Source: Hemiscyllium ocellatum (taxonomy: Eukaryota). From it: DNA of 64,000 bases. Where the stretch lies: the NCBI RefSeq assembly GCF_020745735.1, contig NC_083409.1, forward strand, positions 93,950,048 through 94,014,047. Direction: 5' to 3'. The position numbers and the translations under genes were made by a program. This document shows positions 51,501 to 63,724 of the stretch, piece by piece. How positions within the stretch are numbered: the first letter of the stretch is position 1; the number at the start of each line of letters is the position of its first letter. The notes beneath the pieces were generated by a model. That model was not told the DNA's origin. It did not search any database and was given only the letters and a program-made list of their open reading frames with translations.

Positions 51501-54014
51501 TAGCAAAGAAGACATTTGTTTTGCCACCTGTGTGTGCAATGAGTCAAGAGCAGCCCGGAGAGCCCGTGACCTGCTGCAGCTTGACCAATAATATGCTTCC
51601 TCAGCTACCTTCAGCCAGGTTTCCAGCATCCGTTGATGCTCCCCCATCTGCCTCTTTCGGTTAAACATCGTCAGTGTACAGAGCGATCTTATGCTCCCCC
51701 ATTCCCATCCTTGCTGCCACTATTTCAGGATCCGTCCTGATAGCCTCAGCTAACGGCTCAATTACCAAGGTAAGTAACAGCGGTGAGAGAGGCCTGTTAA
51801 ATATGAAATGATCAGGCCTCGTAAATATGCCTTAGTGACCTCCCAGATTACCCGAGCTGATATCCCAGAAGGCCCTGAACTCTCTTGTAACGTACTCAAC
51901 AAATTTGGTTCCCTTAACAGAAATGCTGTGCATCTATTCCACCCACCCTTGATTTTAACATCCAAATACACTGGCAGATGGTCCGAGACAGCTATATTCC
52001 CAATTTTACAAGCTAATATTCTGTCCAAACAAACCAACGGCATAAGGAATATTTCAATTCATGCGTGTGGCACTTGTGTGGGTTGGAATAGAAAGTAAAG
52101 TCACTTCCATTAGGGTGGAGATGCCTCCACACATCCACTCATCCCAACTCCTCACAACTGTTCACCAACTGTCTAGATTGCATGGGTGTGCCCATCGGGT
52201 CCCTTGGCATCCCGTCTACCCCAGGATCCATTAGGCTGTTAAAATCCCCTCCTTTAATCGTGTGGCGCACTCCAAGATCCATCAATTTAGCAACCGCATC
52301 AGTTAGAAATTTAAGAAGGTGCGCTGGGGGACAATAAACATTGAGGACGCCATACTCTTCCCCATGAATTAAGAATGAAGAACCGTCTATGTTTGTCCTT
52401 AATTTGCTCAGTTACTAGGAATGAGAGGTTCCTTCTTACCAGTATAGCCATTTCTCTACTCTTGCAGCTAAAGGAGGAGAAGAATACTCTATCATAACCC
52501 CCCTGCTGTAGCTTCAGATGTTCCTTATCAGTTAAATGCATCTCCTGCAGCAGGACGATGTCAACCCTTTCCTTCCTAAGGCCTGACAGCACCTTCTTTC
52601 TTTTAATGGGGGAATGGCTCCCTTTTACATTCCAGGTGCATCACCTGAATTAATCACTAGCTATGGACATCCAGGGCAGCCCATGGTGTCCCAAGAGGAG
52701 GAAGCTTATCTGAGGTGTAGCAAGCAAAAAAACATTAACTCTATAAAGTCTAAAAACGATTCTTCTGAAAACTACTATAACTAAAAAACTATCACTACAT
52801 TTAGCTTAAACAAACACCCAAATAAACCTCAATTCACTAGAGATCTTCCCCCGTGCCCAATCCTTGCTAGTATCCAGGCTCCTTCCAGCTGACGCTGTAC
52901 CCCGGTCCTAGGTAATTCACAAAGAGAACATGTTATTTATATTCCTGAGAGTGAACAATGTATGCTCACCTTCCCCAATCCACACCTCGTCTCCGTACAT
53001 CTTAGCCACAGATATAGCCACCCCCATTCCAAAACCCCCAAAGCCCAGAAATAACCAACAGATCAAATTGTTAAATAAGTTAGATTTTACACTAAGGCAG
53101 TACAAACTCTATAAAACCAATAACCACAAAAAGGGAGAGAGAAAACAAAAGGGGCAGAAAAAGTAAAGAAACACTGCACCATGGTCCATAACTATGCCCC
53201 TTTCTTTCCATCCTCCCCATGCCTGACCCGAGTTCTTTATTTCAAAAAGTTCACAAAGTCCTTTGCCTTTTCTGCTGAATCAAAATTATAGACCATCCCT
53301 CCGTAAGTGAAACACAACACCTCAAGGAATATTAAATGTTTAGGTCCTTTAATTTCCTTTTGACTTCATCAAATGACTTTTTTTCTTAATTATGGCTCCA
53401 GAGAAGTCTTGAAAGGACATTAATCTTGAGCCTTTGTATGTTAAGGCCTGTGGATCTCTTCCCAGTCTTCTTGCTATTTCAGTTATTAACTATTTTTCTT
53501 TATTGTGCTGGAGTCGCACTGGGACCGGGTGGGGGCACGGGCGCTGCCTGGACCTGCGCATTGCAATCTGGTGGGCCCACTCCACACGCACCAGGCCCGA
53601 CTTCACCTCCAGCCCCAGGAACTTCGGGAGCCACTTCTCCAAGAATCCAATGAGGTCCTCACCTTCCTCACGCTCCGGGAGACGCACAAGCCATAAGTTT
53701 TTCTTCTATTTTTATTTCCCAGGTAATCCACTTGTTCTTGAAGGATCTGAACCTGGTCTACTGTTTGTGTCCTCCTGAGACGTCTGCCATGGTCTCCGAT
53801 GCTGCAGTCCTCTGCTCGACGTTTCCACTCGTTGGTCTGGTATTTGGATATCCTGCTCATGTTTCTTCAGCATAGCAGATATCGGCTCCAGCACTGTCTC
53901 ACTCTTTTCTCGGGGAGGGGGTTGCTGGGGGTATGCAGTGGAAGGTCCACCTTGCCAAGGGTATGGCACAGAGCCCAGCACAGCAGACTCTCAGACTGCC
54001 GCCATCTTGGATCT
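48508..54014 (-). mobile_element. L1-clade LINE with both termini, decayed ORF1 and ORF2, inserted in a CR1 3' end
   Basis: ORF1-like 'LPEREEGEDLIGFLEKWLPK..VEWAH' (53490-53687); APE 'RKERVDIVLLQEMHL' (52311-52592) and 'SDHLPV'; RT segments 50300-51200; C-terminal 'QLKILHR..KCK..GTLTHCFWSC' (49103-49462); AATAAA plus short A tail; 14-bp TSD TGTCTGAG(C/T)ATTTT at 48494-48507 and 54015-54028. Confidence 0.95.
53999..54009 (-). promoter_or_regulatory. YY1-type motif at the L1 5' end (internal promoter)
   Basis: CAAGATGGCGG about 5 nt inside the L1 5' boundary. Confidence 0.6.
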
Positions 54015-54321
54015 TGTCTGAGTATTTTAACATAGTACTAGTCTTCTGGCTTCTCCCCAATTCCTTGTGCATTGCCTTGAGCTAAGTAATCACCCAAGGC
54101 CCTCTTGAAAGCCTCAATAGAACCTGCCTCCACCACACTTCCAGTTAGTGCATTCCATACTCTAACTGCTTGCTGAATTAAAAAGCTTTTCTTCACTTCA
54201 TCTGCAGATCATTTTAAATCTATGCACTGGTGTTCTTGTTCCTTCTATGAGCAGCACAGTTTCTCCCTCTCTATCCTGCCCACTCACAGATTTTGAAAAC
54301 CTGTCACAGATGTCCTTCAGG

Positions 54322-54738
54322 ATCATGAAATTTCTACAGCATGGAAGCAGGCGATTCAGCCCATCAATTGGATCAGTGGTGCTGGAAGAGCACAGCAGTT
54401 CAGGCAGTATCCGATGAGCAGTAAAATTGACGTTTCGGGCAAAAGCCCTTCATCAGGAACCTATTCAGCCCATCAAGTCCACACTGACCCTCCAAAGAGC
54501 ATCCCACCTATCCCTGTAATTCCCATGAATGATCTACCTAGCCTACACATCGCTGGAAACTGTGGGCAATTTAGCATGGCAATCCACCTAGCCTGTTATA
54601 TCTTTGGATTATGGGACGAAATGCTCACAGACACAGGGAGAATGTGAAAACTCCACACAGTCACTCCACGTTGGAATCAAACCCAGGTCCCTGGTCCTGT
54701 AAAGCAGCAGTGCTAACCATTGAGCCACCTTGCCACCC
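54322..54738 (-). mobile_element. HE1-type V-SINE interrupted by a hammerhead element
   Basis: Head at ~54738, V-domain, tail split at 54368-54462. Confidence 0.85.
54368..54462 (-). mobile_element. PLE-derived short element, family B, intact hammerhead core
   Basis: TTC-CTGATGA-A-GGGC-TTTT-GCCC-GAAA-CG-TC on minus strand (54427-54459); 14-bp TSD ATTCAGCCCATCAA at 54354-54367 and 54463-54476. Confidence 0.9.
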
Positions 54739-55072
54739 TTCTTCTCTCCTAGGGGAACAGTCCCAATTTCTTGAATAAAGTTATGGGATGAAGAATCGGT
54801 TTGTTAAATATAAATGGCCAATTGGCAGTCACCCGCTAACAACATTTCACGAAGTCATATACCATTCAGAAAAGTTTATACAACAAAATAGAACAACAGC
54901 AATATTGAAACAAAGTTAATTTAATGGAAAGATGGGAGAGTGAAATGCAACAAAGGCAAGTAATAATAAGTATGTGCAATCAGCCTTCTATTCTCAACAG
55001 ATAGATAACATCCGATTTAAAGTCATATCAATGGAGTGAAGAACAAAGGCTAACAAAATTTAAATGAGAAGT

Positions 55073-55588
55073 CAAGATTTGGAGGTGCCAGTGTTGCACT
55101 GGAGTGGACAAAGTTAAAAATCACACAACACTAGGTTATAGCCCAACAGATTAGGCACAGTGGCTCAGTGGTCAGCACTGCTGCCTCAAAGTGTCAGGGA
55201 CCTGGGTTCAATTCCAGCCTTGCGTGACCATCTGTGTGACGTTTGCACGTTCTCCCCGTGTTTGTATGGGTTTGCTCTGGTTTCCTCCCACAATCCAAAG
55301 GTGTGCAGATTAGGTGAATTGGCCATGCTAAATTGCTCGTAGTGTTCAGGGATGTGTAAATTAGGTGCATCAGTCAGGAGTAAATATAAGGTAGGGGGAA
55401 TGAGTCCAAGTAGGTTGCTCTTCCGAGGGTGGTATGGGCCTGTTTCCACACTATAGGGATTCTAGGGTTATTTGGAAGCACTAGCTTTCAGAGCGCTGCT
55501 CCTACATCATCAACCACCTAATGAAGGAGCAGTGCTCTGAAAGCTAGTGCTTCCAAATAAACCGGTTGTTCTGTGATTTTTAACTTTG
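55073..55588. mobile_element. PLE-type fold-back element, family C, interrupted by an HE1 SINE
   Basis: Arms homologous to 13297-13838; decayed core ctaatgaaggagcagtgctctgaaagcta; TSD TAAATG(A/C)GAAGT at 55061-55072 and 55589-55600. Confidence 0.85.
55154..55464 (+). mobile_element. HE1-type V-SINE
   Basis: ggcacagtggctcagtgg head, V-domain, gggattcta tail. Confidence 0.9.
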
Positions 55589-55792
55589 TAAATGCGAAGT
55601 GGAAGCAATAAAACAATTTCTTGTACTTTTGCAGGGATGAAGAAAACAGCATGATGTTTACCTGATTAAAAAGGAAAAGTATCTCAATTCTAAGCTAGTG
55701 AATGTCATCCAGACATTCAAAAGAAACAAAAAACAAATCTGAGCATGTTACTGGTGTAACATAGGTAGTATCCAAATAATCTAAATCTTTTG

Positions 55793-55920
55793 TTCTGAGG
55801 TCACTGAACCCAAAACATTAATGCTGATTTCTCTCCACAGATGCTGCCAGATCTGCTGAGCTTTTCCAACAGTTTTGTGTTTTTGATTCTGATTTCTAGC
55901 GTCTGCAGTTCTTTCAGTTT
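55793..55920 (+). mobile_element. Degenerate family D PLE-type 3' end
   Basis: ggtcactgaacccaaaacattaa..cagatgctgccagatctgctgagcttttcc..tctgcagttctttc. Confidence 0.6.
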
Positions 55921-56098
55921 CAAAACTCTTCTGTGTTTCCGTCAATGATCGATAGCATCTAAGAAGTTATATTTCAAGAAGCAATAATTCATTGTTCAGA
56001 AATCTGTTGGAATTATCCTTAAGATAAATATTTAGATATATTCACTACTGTTAAAAAAGATTCTGCTATTAGCATAAAGTTTGCTTTGTACTGAGACC

Positions 56099-56311
56099 TG
56101 AAAATGTGTTGCTGGAAAAGCGCAGCAGGTCAGGCAGCATCCAAGGAACAGGAAATTCGACGTTTCGGGCATAAGCCCTTCTTCAGGAAGAAGAAGGGCT
56201 TATGCCCGAAACGTCGAATTTCCTGTTCCTTGGATGCTGCCTGACCTGCTGCGCTTTTCCAGCAACACATTTTCAACTCTGACCTCCAGCATCTGCAGAC
56301 CTCACTTTCTC
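56099..56311. mobile_element. PLE-derived fold-back element, family A, perfect 86-bp stem
   Basis: 56099-56184 is the exact reverse complement of 56190-56275, with a 5-nt loop; 15-bp TSD CTTTGTA(C/T)TGAGACC at 56084-56098 and 56312-56326. Confidence 0.95.
56156..56189 (-). ncRNA. Minimal type-I hammerhead ribozyme motif
   Basis: TTC-CTGAAGA-A-GGGC-TTAT-GCCC-GAAA-CG-TC-GAA: all core residues present, stem I TTC/GAA, palindromic ACGT in place of stem III. Confidence 0.75.
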
Positions 56312-56444
56312 CTTTGTATTGAGACCAACAAAGCCACAGATAATTGACGACTGATTGGTCATTTCCACCATTAACTTCTAATGTGTTAATAGACAAAGGA
56401 AATTTTAGAGATGTGTATTATGAAACTCATTACTGACTGATTAA

Positions 56445-56790
56445 ATCAGGCTGGATGTGGGAAGAATGTTCCAATGTCAGGGAAATTCAGAACTAGGGGC
56501 CACAGTCTAAGAAATATGAGTAAGTCATTCAGGACTGAGATGAGGAAGAATTTCTTCACACAGAGAGTTGTGAACCTGTGGAATTCTCTCCCACAGGAAA
56601 TTGTGGAGACCAGTTCATTAGAAACATTCAAGAGGGAACTGGAAGTGGCCCTTGCGGCTAAAGGAATCAAGGGATAGGGAGAGAAAGTTGGGAACGGGAT
56701 CCTGGGATTGCATGATCAGCCATGATCATATTAAATGTTGGTGCAGACTTGAAGGGCTGAATGGCCTACTCCTTCAGCTATTTTCAATGC
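56445..56790 (+). mobile_element. CR1 3' end
   Basis: ORF 56474-56677 'RTRGHSL..FRTEMRKNFFTQRVVNLWNSLP'. Confidence 0.9.
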
Positions 56791-57302
56791 TCCTATTTTT
56801 CAACTGCTCACTGCCCAATTCCTACACCTTGCAAAGTCTGAGAGGTAACAGTATGGTTTACTCATAAAGATTTTGCATTGAGATGGGACTGCAAGTTCCT
56901 AAACTTTCACTGAACTAATGCAATTAGAAGTGTGGGAGGACAAAATTATAAAAGCCACTTTTGGGTGGAAAGTAGTAAATGAATTGAAATTTGTGTTTCA
57001 TTCTTTGATTCTCCACTTCCATTTTGCTTAAAAACTGTGAAATCATTCATTCTAACAAGGGCAGATGTAGCTGGAAAGCACCAGTAATTTTACAACATGG
57101 CAGACGGGAAAATTGACAAAACAATTAAACCCTAACTAATAGTTTTCAGACAGACGGGTGATTCAGTGCCTGTCTGACAGTTATTTACCATTAGCTTAGA
57201 GATTTGTTACAAGGGAACAAGTTAAACCTACTTATGCAGCAACATAGATATATACAGTCCACAGAACAGGATGAAAGATATAATTGACATTCAAGTAATG
57301 AG

Positions 57303-57520
57303 TAAAAACAGAAAGAACGTGGATGTTGGAAATCAGAAATAAAAACAGAAAATGCTGGAAAAGTTCAGCAGGTGTGGCAGCAGCAGTGGAGGGAATTCAG
57401 AGTGAACATTTAGGGTCCAGTGGTCCTTCTTCAGATCTTTCTGAAAGGTCACCGAACCTGAAACGTTAACTCTGCTGAGGTGCTGACCTGCTGACTTTTT
57501 CTGGCAATTTCAGTTTTTGT
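57303..57520. mobile_element. Degenerate fold-back element, family D
   Basis: Inverted arms around ~57435; remnant core ctgaa..ggtcaccgaacctgaaacgtt; imperfect TSD TTCAAGTAATGAG / TTCAAGTTACTGAG. Confidence 0.65.
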
Positions 57521-60500
57521 TTCAAGTTACTGAGGCTGTGCTGCCCACAGCTGTTTCTATTGATGGGTGTGAATGGCACTGTTTGCCTGACTTAGTTAAT
57601 TGCTGAACTGAGATTAGATTTGTCTGTTATACATAGCTTGAGTGTGTTTATGTCACTGCTTGCTACAAACGTTTTAGTTGTCACCAGATATAAACCAGAT
57701 GAAAACCTTCTGGTCTGTCATTCCAATGCTATTTGTAAATGGAAGATTAAATTTATTCCTAAGGGATATTCCAGGTTGTTCCAAGATTTCTGTGATAGCC
57801 TGAATGAAGACACGGCTGTCACTCTATAAAGCTACAGTGGAGAATACAAGCAGATCATCTAATCCACGACTTCTGTTAACTGATCTTTCTGCTCTTCTGT
57901 CACACATTCACCTTTTTTTTAAATCACAAATATATTATCACCTGCAGCTATTTGTGATATTATTAATTATGAGCTGAACTCTCGAAGCTTTCAAGCCTGA
58001 TCTTACCTCCGTGACCATTTCACTTACTTCATAATTATAACTGCTCTGTATTGATGTCCAAATACTTGTTGCCAGATGCTTTCCAAATAATGGCCTGTTG
58101 GCAATTGTAATAGATTAGAAATCTCCTGGACAGATAGTTTGAGAGTCAAATCCCATAAATTGTGACCAGAAAAATCCTCTTCCACATTCCATACCCTTCC
58201 AAGATCCTGGAATAATCACTGAGATGGAAACATGAGGGATAGAATTGAAGGTTAACCAAAACAACAGCTAGGAAAAAGACAGGGCATGGCATATAATGGG
58301 ACGATGCAGGATGGAGACTTTGCCACCTTTCTAATCATCTCCCTTGCCCAACATTCTCCAATTAAATTCAAGGCAAGGAGGATTGAGGCTGGCCTTTTCC
58401 CAAAAAAGTCCTATTGATGCCCTTACGTGATCCCGTAAGTACCTCAATCCCACCATTGGACGAATACCGACAGTGGGCAGGGCATACAATCTAGCAGGTA
58501 ATGCCTGGTGGAGTGGTGGGCATTGTGGGCACCCCGAGTCCAGTGGAGGAACCCCTAGTAGAAACAGGAAGCCACTTTTCTGTCTTTTGTGATGAGACCC
58601 CTGTCATACCCCATGATTGGCCCGACGATCTCACCACACTCATACTAGTCCCAGGTCCAAGACTTCAACTGTACTCTTCCATTAGGTACCAGTGAATTAA
58701 CAACAACAGATGCTGCCACTGCTGGAGAACTACCACTACCAGCAAGTGTGTCGATGGCAGGTATATGCTCCTTCACATCCTTCAAAAGAAGAGGTTCAGT
58801 GGAAAATTTGTCCCTAGTAGGATTAGGAATACCAAAGGCAGCCTAGGGTTATTTAATTGGGATTTAATCGTGGAAGGGCCCACTATGGCAACCGTTAAAT
58901 TCCACCTGATGAAATGAAACGATCTGTAACAGAAAAAGGAAACATATCATTGATAGACTTTATGGATTGATAAACCTCTCATCAGTATGTCACTATGTAA
59001 CAGGAAGCAACAGGAAAACCGGTAGCTCTGTTTAACGTCTGATTTCCCCAGAAGGAGGTTGGGTGCCAGTGAAGAAAATCTGAGAGGAAATAACAGGATT
59101 CGAGATGCAGGGACCAGGAGATCAAAATCAATTGGAAATTATTCAAACCTCCTACCAATATGTGCAATATTAGCATCTATATCATACACTGGTTACACTG
59201 TTGTCTTACTGTTTAAGTTATGTTTCGATCACATTGGTGTGCTAATTTTCCCATCAAGTCTCATATTCCCATTTACATTGGAGAACGCCAATGCAAATTT
59301 AGCAGACTTCACCTTAGAGCCACTGTTTGCAACAAGCGGTTTCTGGTAACTTTATATGTTTGCTTGGCATCACTAGCATTGCTGCTAGTGTATCTCTTGG
59401 CTCCTCAGCTTGTACTGTGAACAAACTTCCCCACTCCCACCTGGTATTTGCCAAACTGTGATTAAAATGTTGCTCGTTTCCTAGTAGTGATTATAATATT
59501 ATAGGGTAAATTGAATTAATTTAAATTAGGCACTATTCTCCTGATTTGCCTGGTCCCAACACACTAACTCCATTTTCATCTGAAGATGCTTTGCGCCGTA
59601 ATGCAATTTCCCTGCAGATCAACGAGGGTCTAATTCAAGGTTTATTACAGTTTAAAAATTGCAAAGAATTTCAATTAATTGCATGTGTGATATGTATGCA
59701 ACAGACAAGTTGTGTTTTCTGTCATTCCAGCCTCTGAAATTGTTAAAATGGGAACTTGAAAGCTCTGAATCAATTTACCTGAAGGGTGTATGTTGCAGTT
59801 GAAGCATTAGTGATATTATTCTGTCATTTTTATGTCAAAAAGTACATTTCATTATGTCATCATAGAGCAATCAAGGTTTGACCATTTCAAGTACAAAGAG
59901 GTTAGAAAAATAATAGGTTTAATGGGATAATGGCTGGCTGTTTGTATTGGTTTAATTGAGCTGTAGGACTTGCCCCTTAGATAATGAAACTCTAAGGACA
60001 GAAATTTAACCATGCACTTCTGGGCTCCTGCAGCAGGAGACTCAGGAAGTAAGGGTCCCAACAGGTTTGGAGTTGGTATGTTTAGTATTAAAAGTCATTG
60101 TAACTCCTTTCCTAATAATGTTAAACCTGTTTTGCATTGGTTCTGGCTGGTGTTTGTAACGATTTGACTGCTTCGGTATTGTGGGACACCTGGGCAAACT
60201 CATTCATGACATTCTGGTCAGAGGGTCTAACTTGTTTTAAGGAGGAGCTAGACAATACTCCCCCATTGCGTTTGAATCAGGGGTCCAACTCCCACCATTG
60301 TGTGGAATACAAGCTCTCAGCTTGATTTTGCTCAAATTGGTCAGTGATGAAAAGAGGATGGACTCATCATCTGATTACATTGGGTGGGCTCTCATAAGTG
60401 GGGGGCCAATCAGAAGGTCATCAACACAAAAGAAGCAGTGAGTGATGGGCGGGGCACCCCAGGAGGGAGGCACTCTCTCTCTTTTGAATTCATTACTCAT

Positions 60501-61078
60501 AATAAAAGGAGCAGCTGCAGGAGAGAGGAAAGGGCAGCCTTTGGTATAGCTGGAGCCAAACAGGCAAGGAGAATCTCTAAGCCATTCCAGAATGCTACCC
60601 CCAACCTATGCAGACAGCTACACCATTCCCTGATATCTCCAGGGACCTGGAGGCCACATAGACAATGTCAGGCAGCCTCCTGACACTAACCCTAACTCTA
60701 ACCTTTTTGTAGCCAATAAACAAATCCTTCATATTATCAATTACCTAGTATCCACGCTAACCTTGCACCCCTCTTCTGCACATGCCATCTTCTGGACCTG
60801 AAACTTCAGCTGTAAGTGATGGTTCCACTGTCCTGTCCAAGGTCAGATTTTTGAAATTTAAATCTCCTGCAGGTTAGTCTGTTTCCCTAGTACTCTATTG
60901 TACACCTTGACAATTGGCTGCAAGGACAAGAAAGATCCCTAGAGCAGGGTTATTTGATCTTCTTGAGCTTGGAGAAACAGAGGGTCCAATTCAATTTTCC
61001 TAAACCAAGTAACACAATACACATCAATGACTCTGATTTTATAAAGCAAATGTTCGTTTGGTTGTCAATTTTGGGAAT

Positions 61079-61105
61079 CACACACACACACACACACACA
61101 CACAC
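61079..61105. repeat. (CA)n microsatellite
   Basis: Seen directly. Confidence 0.97.
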
Positions 61106-61519
61106 GTGAGGGTTCTTTCCTGTAGAAACTCAGATTCAGGAAAGTTGACCAAAACCAATTAAAACAGATGATGATGTTGCAGGAGAATATTTATTGTCAG
61201 GGAATCAGTCCAATTTGGAGATGATTTTATTTCTGAGAATAACAAGCTTCGAAGTAGTTTAATTGGACTTGAGGCAGGCTTAGCTGTTGATCAGAAGGTT
61301 TGCTTGTTGTTGACGGTATTGTAGACAGATTTGACGCTAACAGCACAATGTGTTACCAGCCAGTTAGAGTCTTTGTGGGCTTGTTGTTAACATCAGATTG
61401 GGTCAGGACAGTCCAGAAATTGCAATTAAATACCTCAGAGACCAAAGGTATTTTGATTGTGTGGCATTGTTCTGAGATGCATCAGTTAGGTTAATGAGGT
61501 AAGTAACTACTGTTGATTG

Positions 61520-61705
61520 TTTTTTAAAACTCCAGTTCACTCATGTCCTTCAGGGAAGGAAATCTGTCATCCTTCCCTGTTCTGGCCGATATGTGACTCC
61601 ACACCCACAGTGATATGGTGGGCTCTTAGCTGCCCTCTGGGCAATTAGGGGTTCCCAATAAATGATGGTCTAGCCATTGACGCCCACATACCATAAACAA
61701 TTTAT
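61520..61705 (+). mobile_element. 3' half of the second tRNA-SINE family
   Basis: gttcactcatgtccttcagggaaggaaatctg..gccctctgggcaattagggg. Confidence 0.75.
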
Positions 61706-62249
61706 TTAATGGCAAGCAACTCAATTTATATAAAAGCGAATCCTAGCATCTACCTGTTTATTGTCAGTGTTCCCAGAGCACGCAGGGTAGAGATTCTGTG
61801 TCTGCAGACTGCTGGCCAATCACAGTCCAGCGCCATTTTGACACCAGCACTGACACCAAAAACAGTGGCCACCGCTAGTACTGCACCAGACAATATTGCT
61901 ATTCTGTCAAAAGTTGGATGAACTGGGGCTTTGAGATCCAGGATGGGCTCACCAGGGTCAGTCTGCAGCAAGGAGTGTACAGTGTCAGTTTAAAGGGCAG
62001 AGTAAAAGGGTGGTTCTCTCAGTTGGGCATGGAATGTCCCAACAGGAGAGACTATCTGATTTCTACCCTCAAGGCTGCTAACAGACCTGACACTGTATAG
62101 CTTGGTGCTTGACCACATGCCTGGCCACCCCTGCAATCAAAACCTCAATTGGTCTCCAGTTGAGAAGGGTACCTCTCGCATAATAGAGGTTCAGAGGAGT
62201 AGAGTGCTCCAATGGAAACAGCAATGTAACCTCACGGGATGAACTAATC

Positions 62250-62980
62250 CTTTTATAAGATGACACAAATGTCAGACAATGGTCGGCTTCAATAAGAGAC
62301 AATCTAATCATTGTCCCTTGATTTTCAATGGCGTTATCCATAGTGAATTCTCCACTATCAATATCCTGTGGGTTACCATTGATTAGAAACTGGATTGGAC
62401 TTGTCTTATAAATACTGTGACTACAAGAGTAGTTCAGAGACTCAGAATCCTGCAATGAGTAACTCACCACCTAATTCCCTATATCCTGCCCATCATTCAC
62501 AAAGCATAAGTAAGAAGTGATGGAATACTCCCCACTTGCCTGGAAGGGTGCAGTTGCAAACACACTGAAGAAGCTTAACACCACCCAAGATAAAGCAGCC
62601 CACTTGATTGGCACTGCACTCCCTCCACCACTGATGCTCAGTAGCAATAGCGTACCAACATGCACTGCAGAAATTCACCAAAGTTCCTTAGACAGCACCT
62701 TCCAAGCCATTTCCACCCAGAAGGACAAGGGCAGCAGATACATGGGAACGCCACTAACTGCCAGTTCCCTCCAAGCCACTCAACATCTTGATTTGGAAAT
62801 ATATCACCATTCCTTTCATGTCACTGGGTCAAAATTCTGGAATTCCTTCATTAAAGACATTATGAGTCAACCTACAGCACAAAAAATGCAGCTCACCACC
62901 ACTTCTCAGGACTAAATAGGTACGGGTAATAAGTATTGGCCCAGCCAACGATGCCCGCATCCTATGAATGAATTTAAACA
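62250..62980 (+). mobile_element. LINE 3' fragment (second family)
   Basis: ORF 62517-62915 'MEYSPLAW.GA..TLKKLNTTQDKAAHLIG' and the family tail. Confidence 0.8.
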
Positions 62981-63724
62981 AAGAGAAAACTGCTGCCAGT
63001 ATGCTTGAGAGCACTGTTGTTACTTTGCCTTCGAACTGTTTGTTTCATCATGGATTCTGTATTTGCTCAGTTCTCAAGGAAATTGGATGTCTACTTCTAT
63101 TCTTAAGACCTGCTCTGTTTTGAAAGGCTGTAACTATTCTTAACTCCTCGCATCTCTTGTTTGTTCCTATCCTAGAGTGAAGTTCTGTGACTCCCTTTTG
63201 TAATATTACCCTTTATTTAAACTTAGGTATAGATGTTAATGAATACAGGTCTCTACTACAGTACTGCACTCCTGCTCCATGATACACTGCTTTTCAGTTT
63301 CCTTCATGCTTTTCCAATGTCAAAGTAAGAGAATCATTCACATCACCAACATTAGCATCTTTACAACCCATGGTAGCACAAAGTCCCCTTTAAGCACTAG
63401 TCCCAAAGAGACCACTGGAGGACCACTGCAGGCTGCTAAGCAAAGGGATAAGACCAAGCAGAGCAACAGACATGAGGATGCCATAAGGGCGGACTAGGGA
63501 ATTAATGAGACTTATTAGGCAAGATACATCAAGAACTCACACTGAAAGTTGGCTACACAGGTGGTTACTAGTGACAATGAGTAGTTTTAAAAAAAACAAA
63601 AGTAGATAATTAAAAAACAGTCATGGTAATTTTAGTGGTGAGCAAGCCACTCAGATGTGTCTGGATAATAAAAAAAGAAATCTCACTGGGCTTTGTGGCA
63701 AGAATCCCTCCAAAAATCTTGATG

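Noticed and set aside
56099-56311. Fold-back elements as DNA-transposon MITEs
   Set aside because: TSD length varies (9-18 bp), the arms are asymmetric, single-arm copies have TSDs, and the sequence matches PLE 3' UTRs
58260-58910. Possible old non-autonomous DNA element (similar-looking segments at ~19890-20230 and ~61780-62240)
   Set aside because: Too decayed to define TIRs or family by eye
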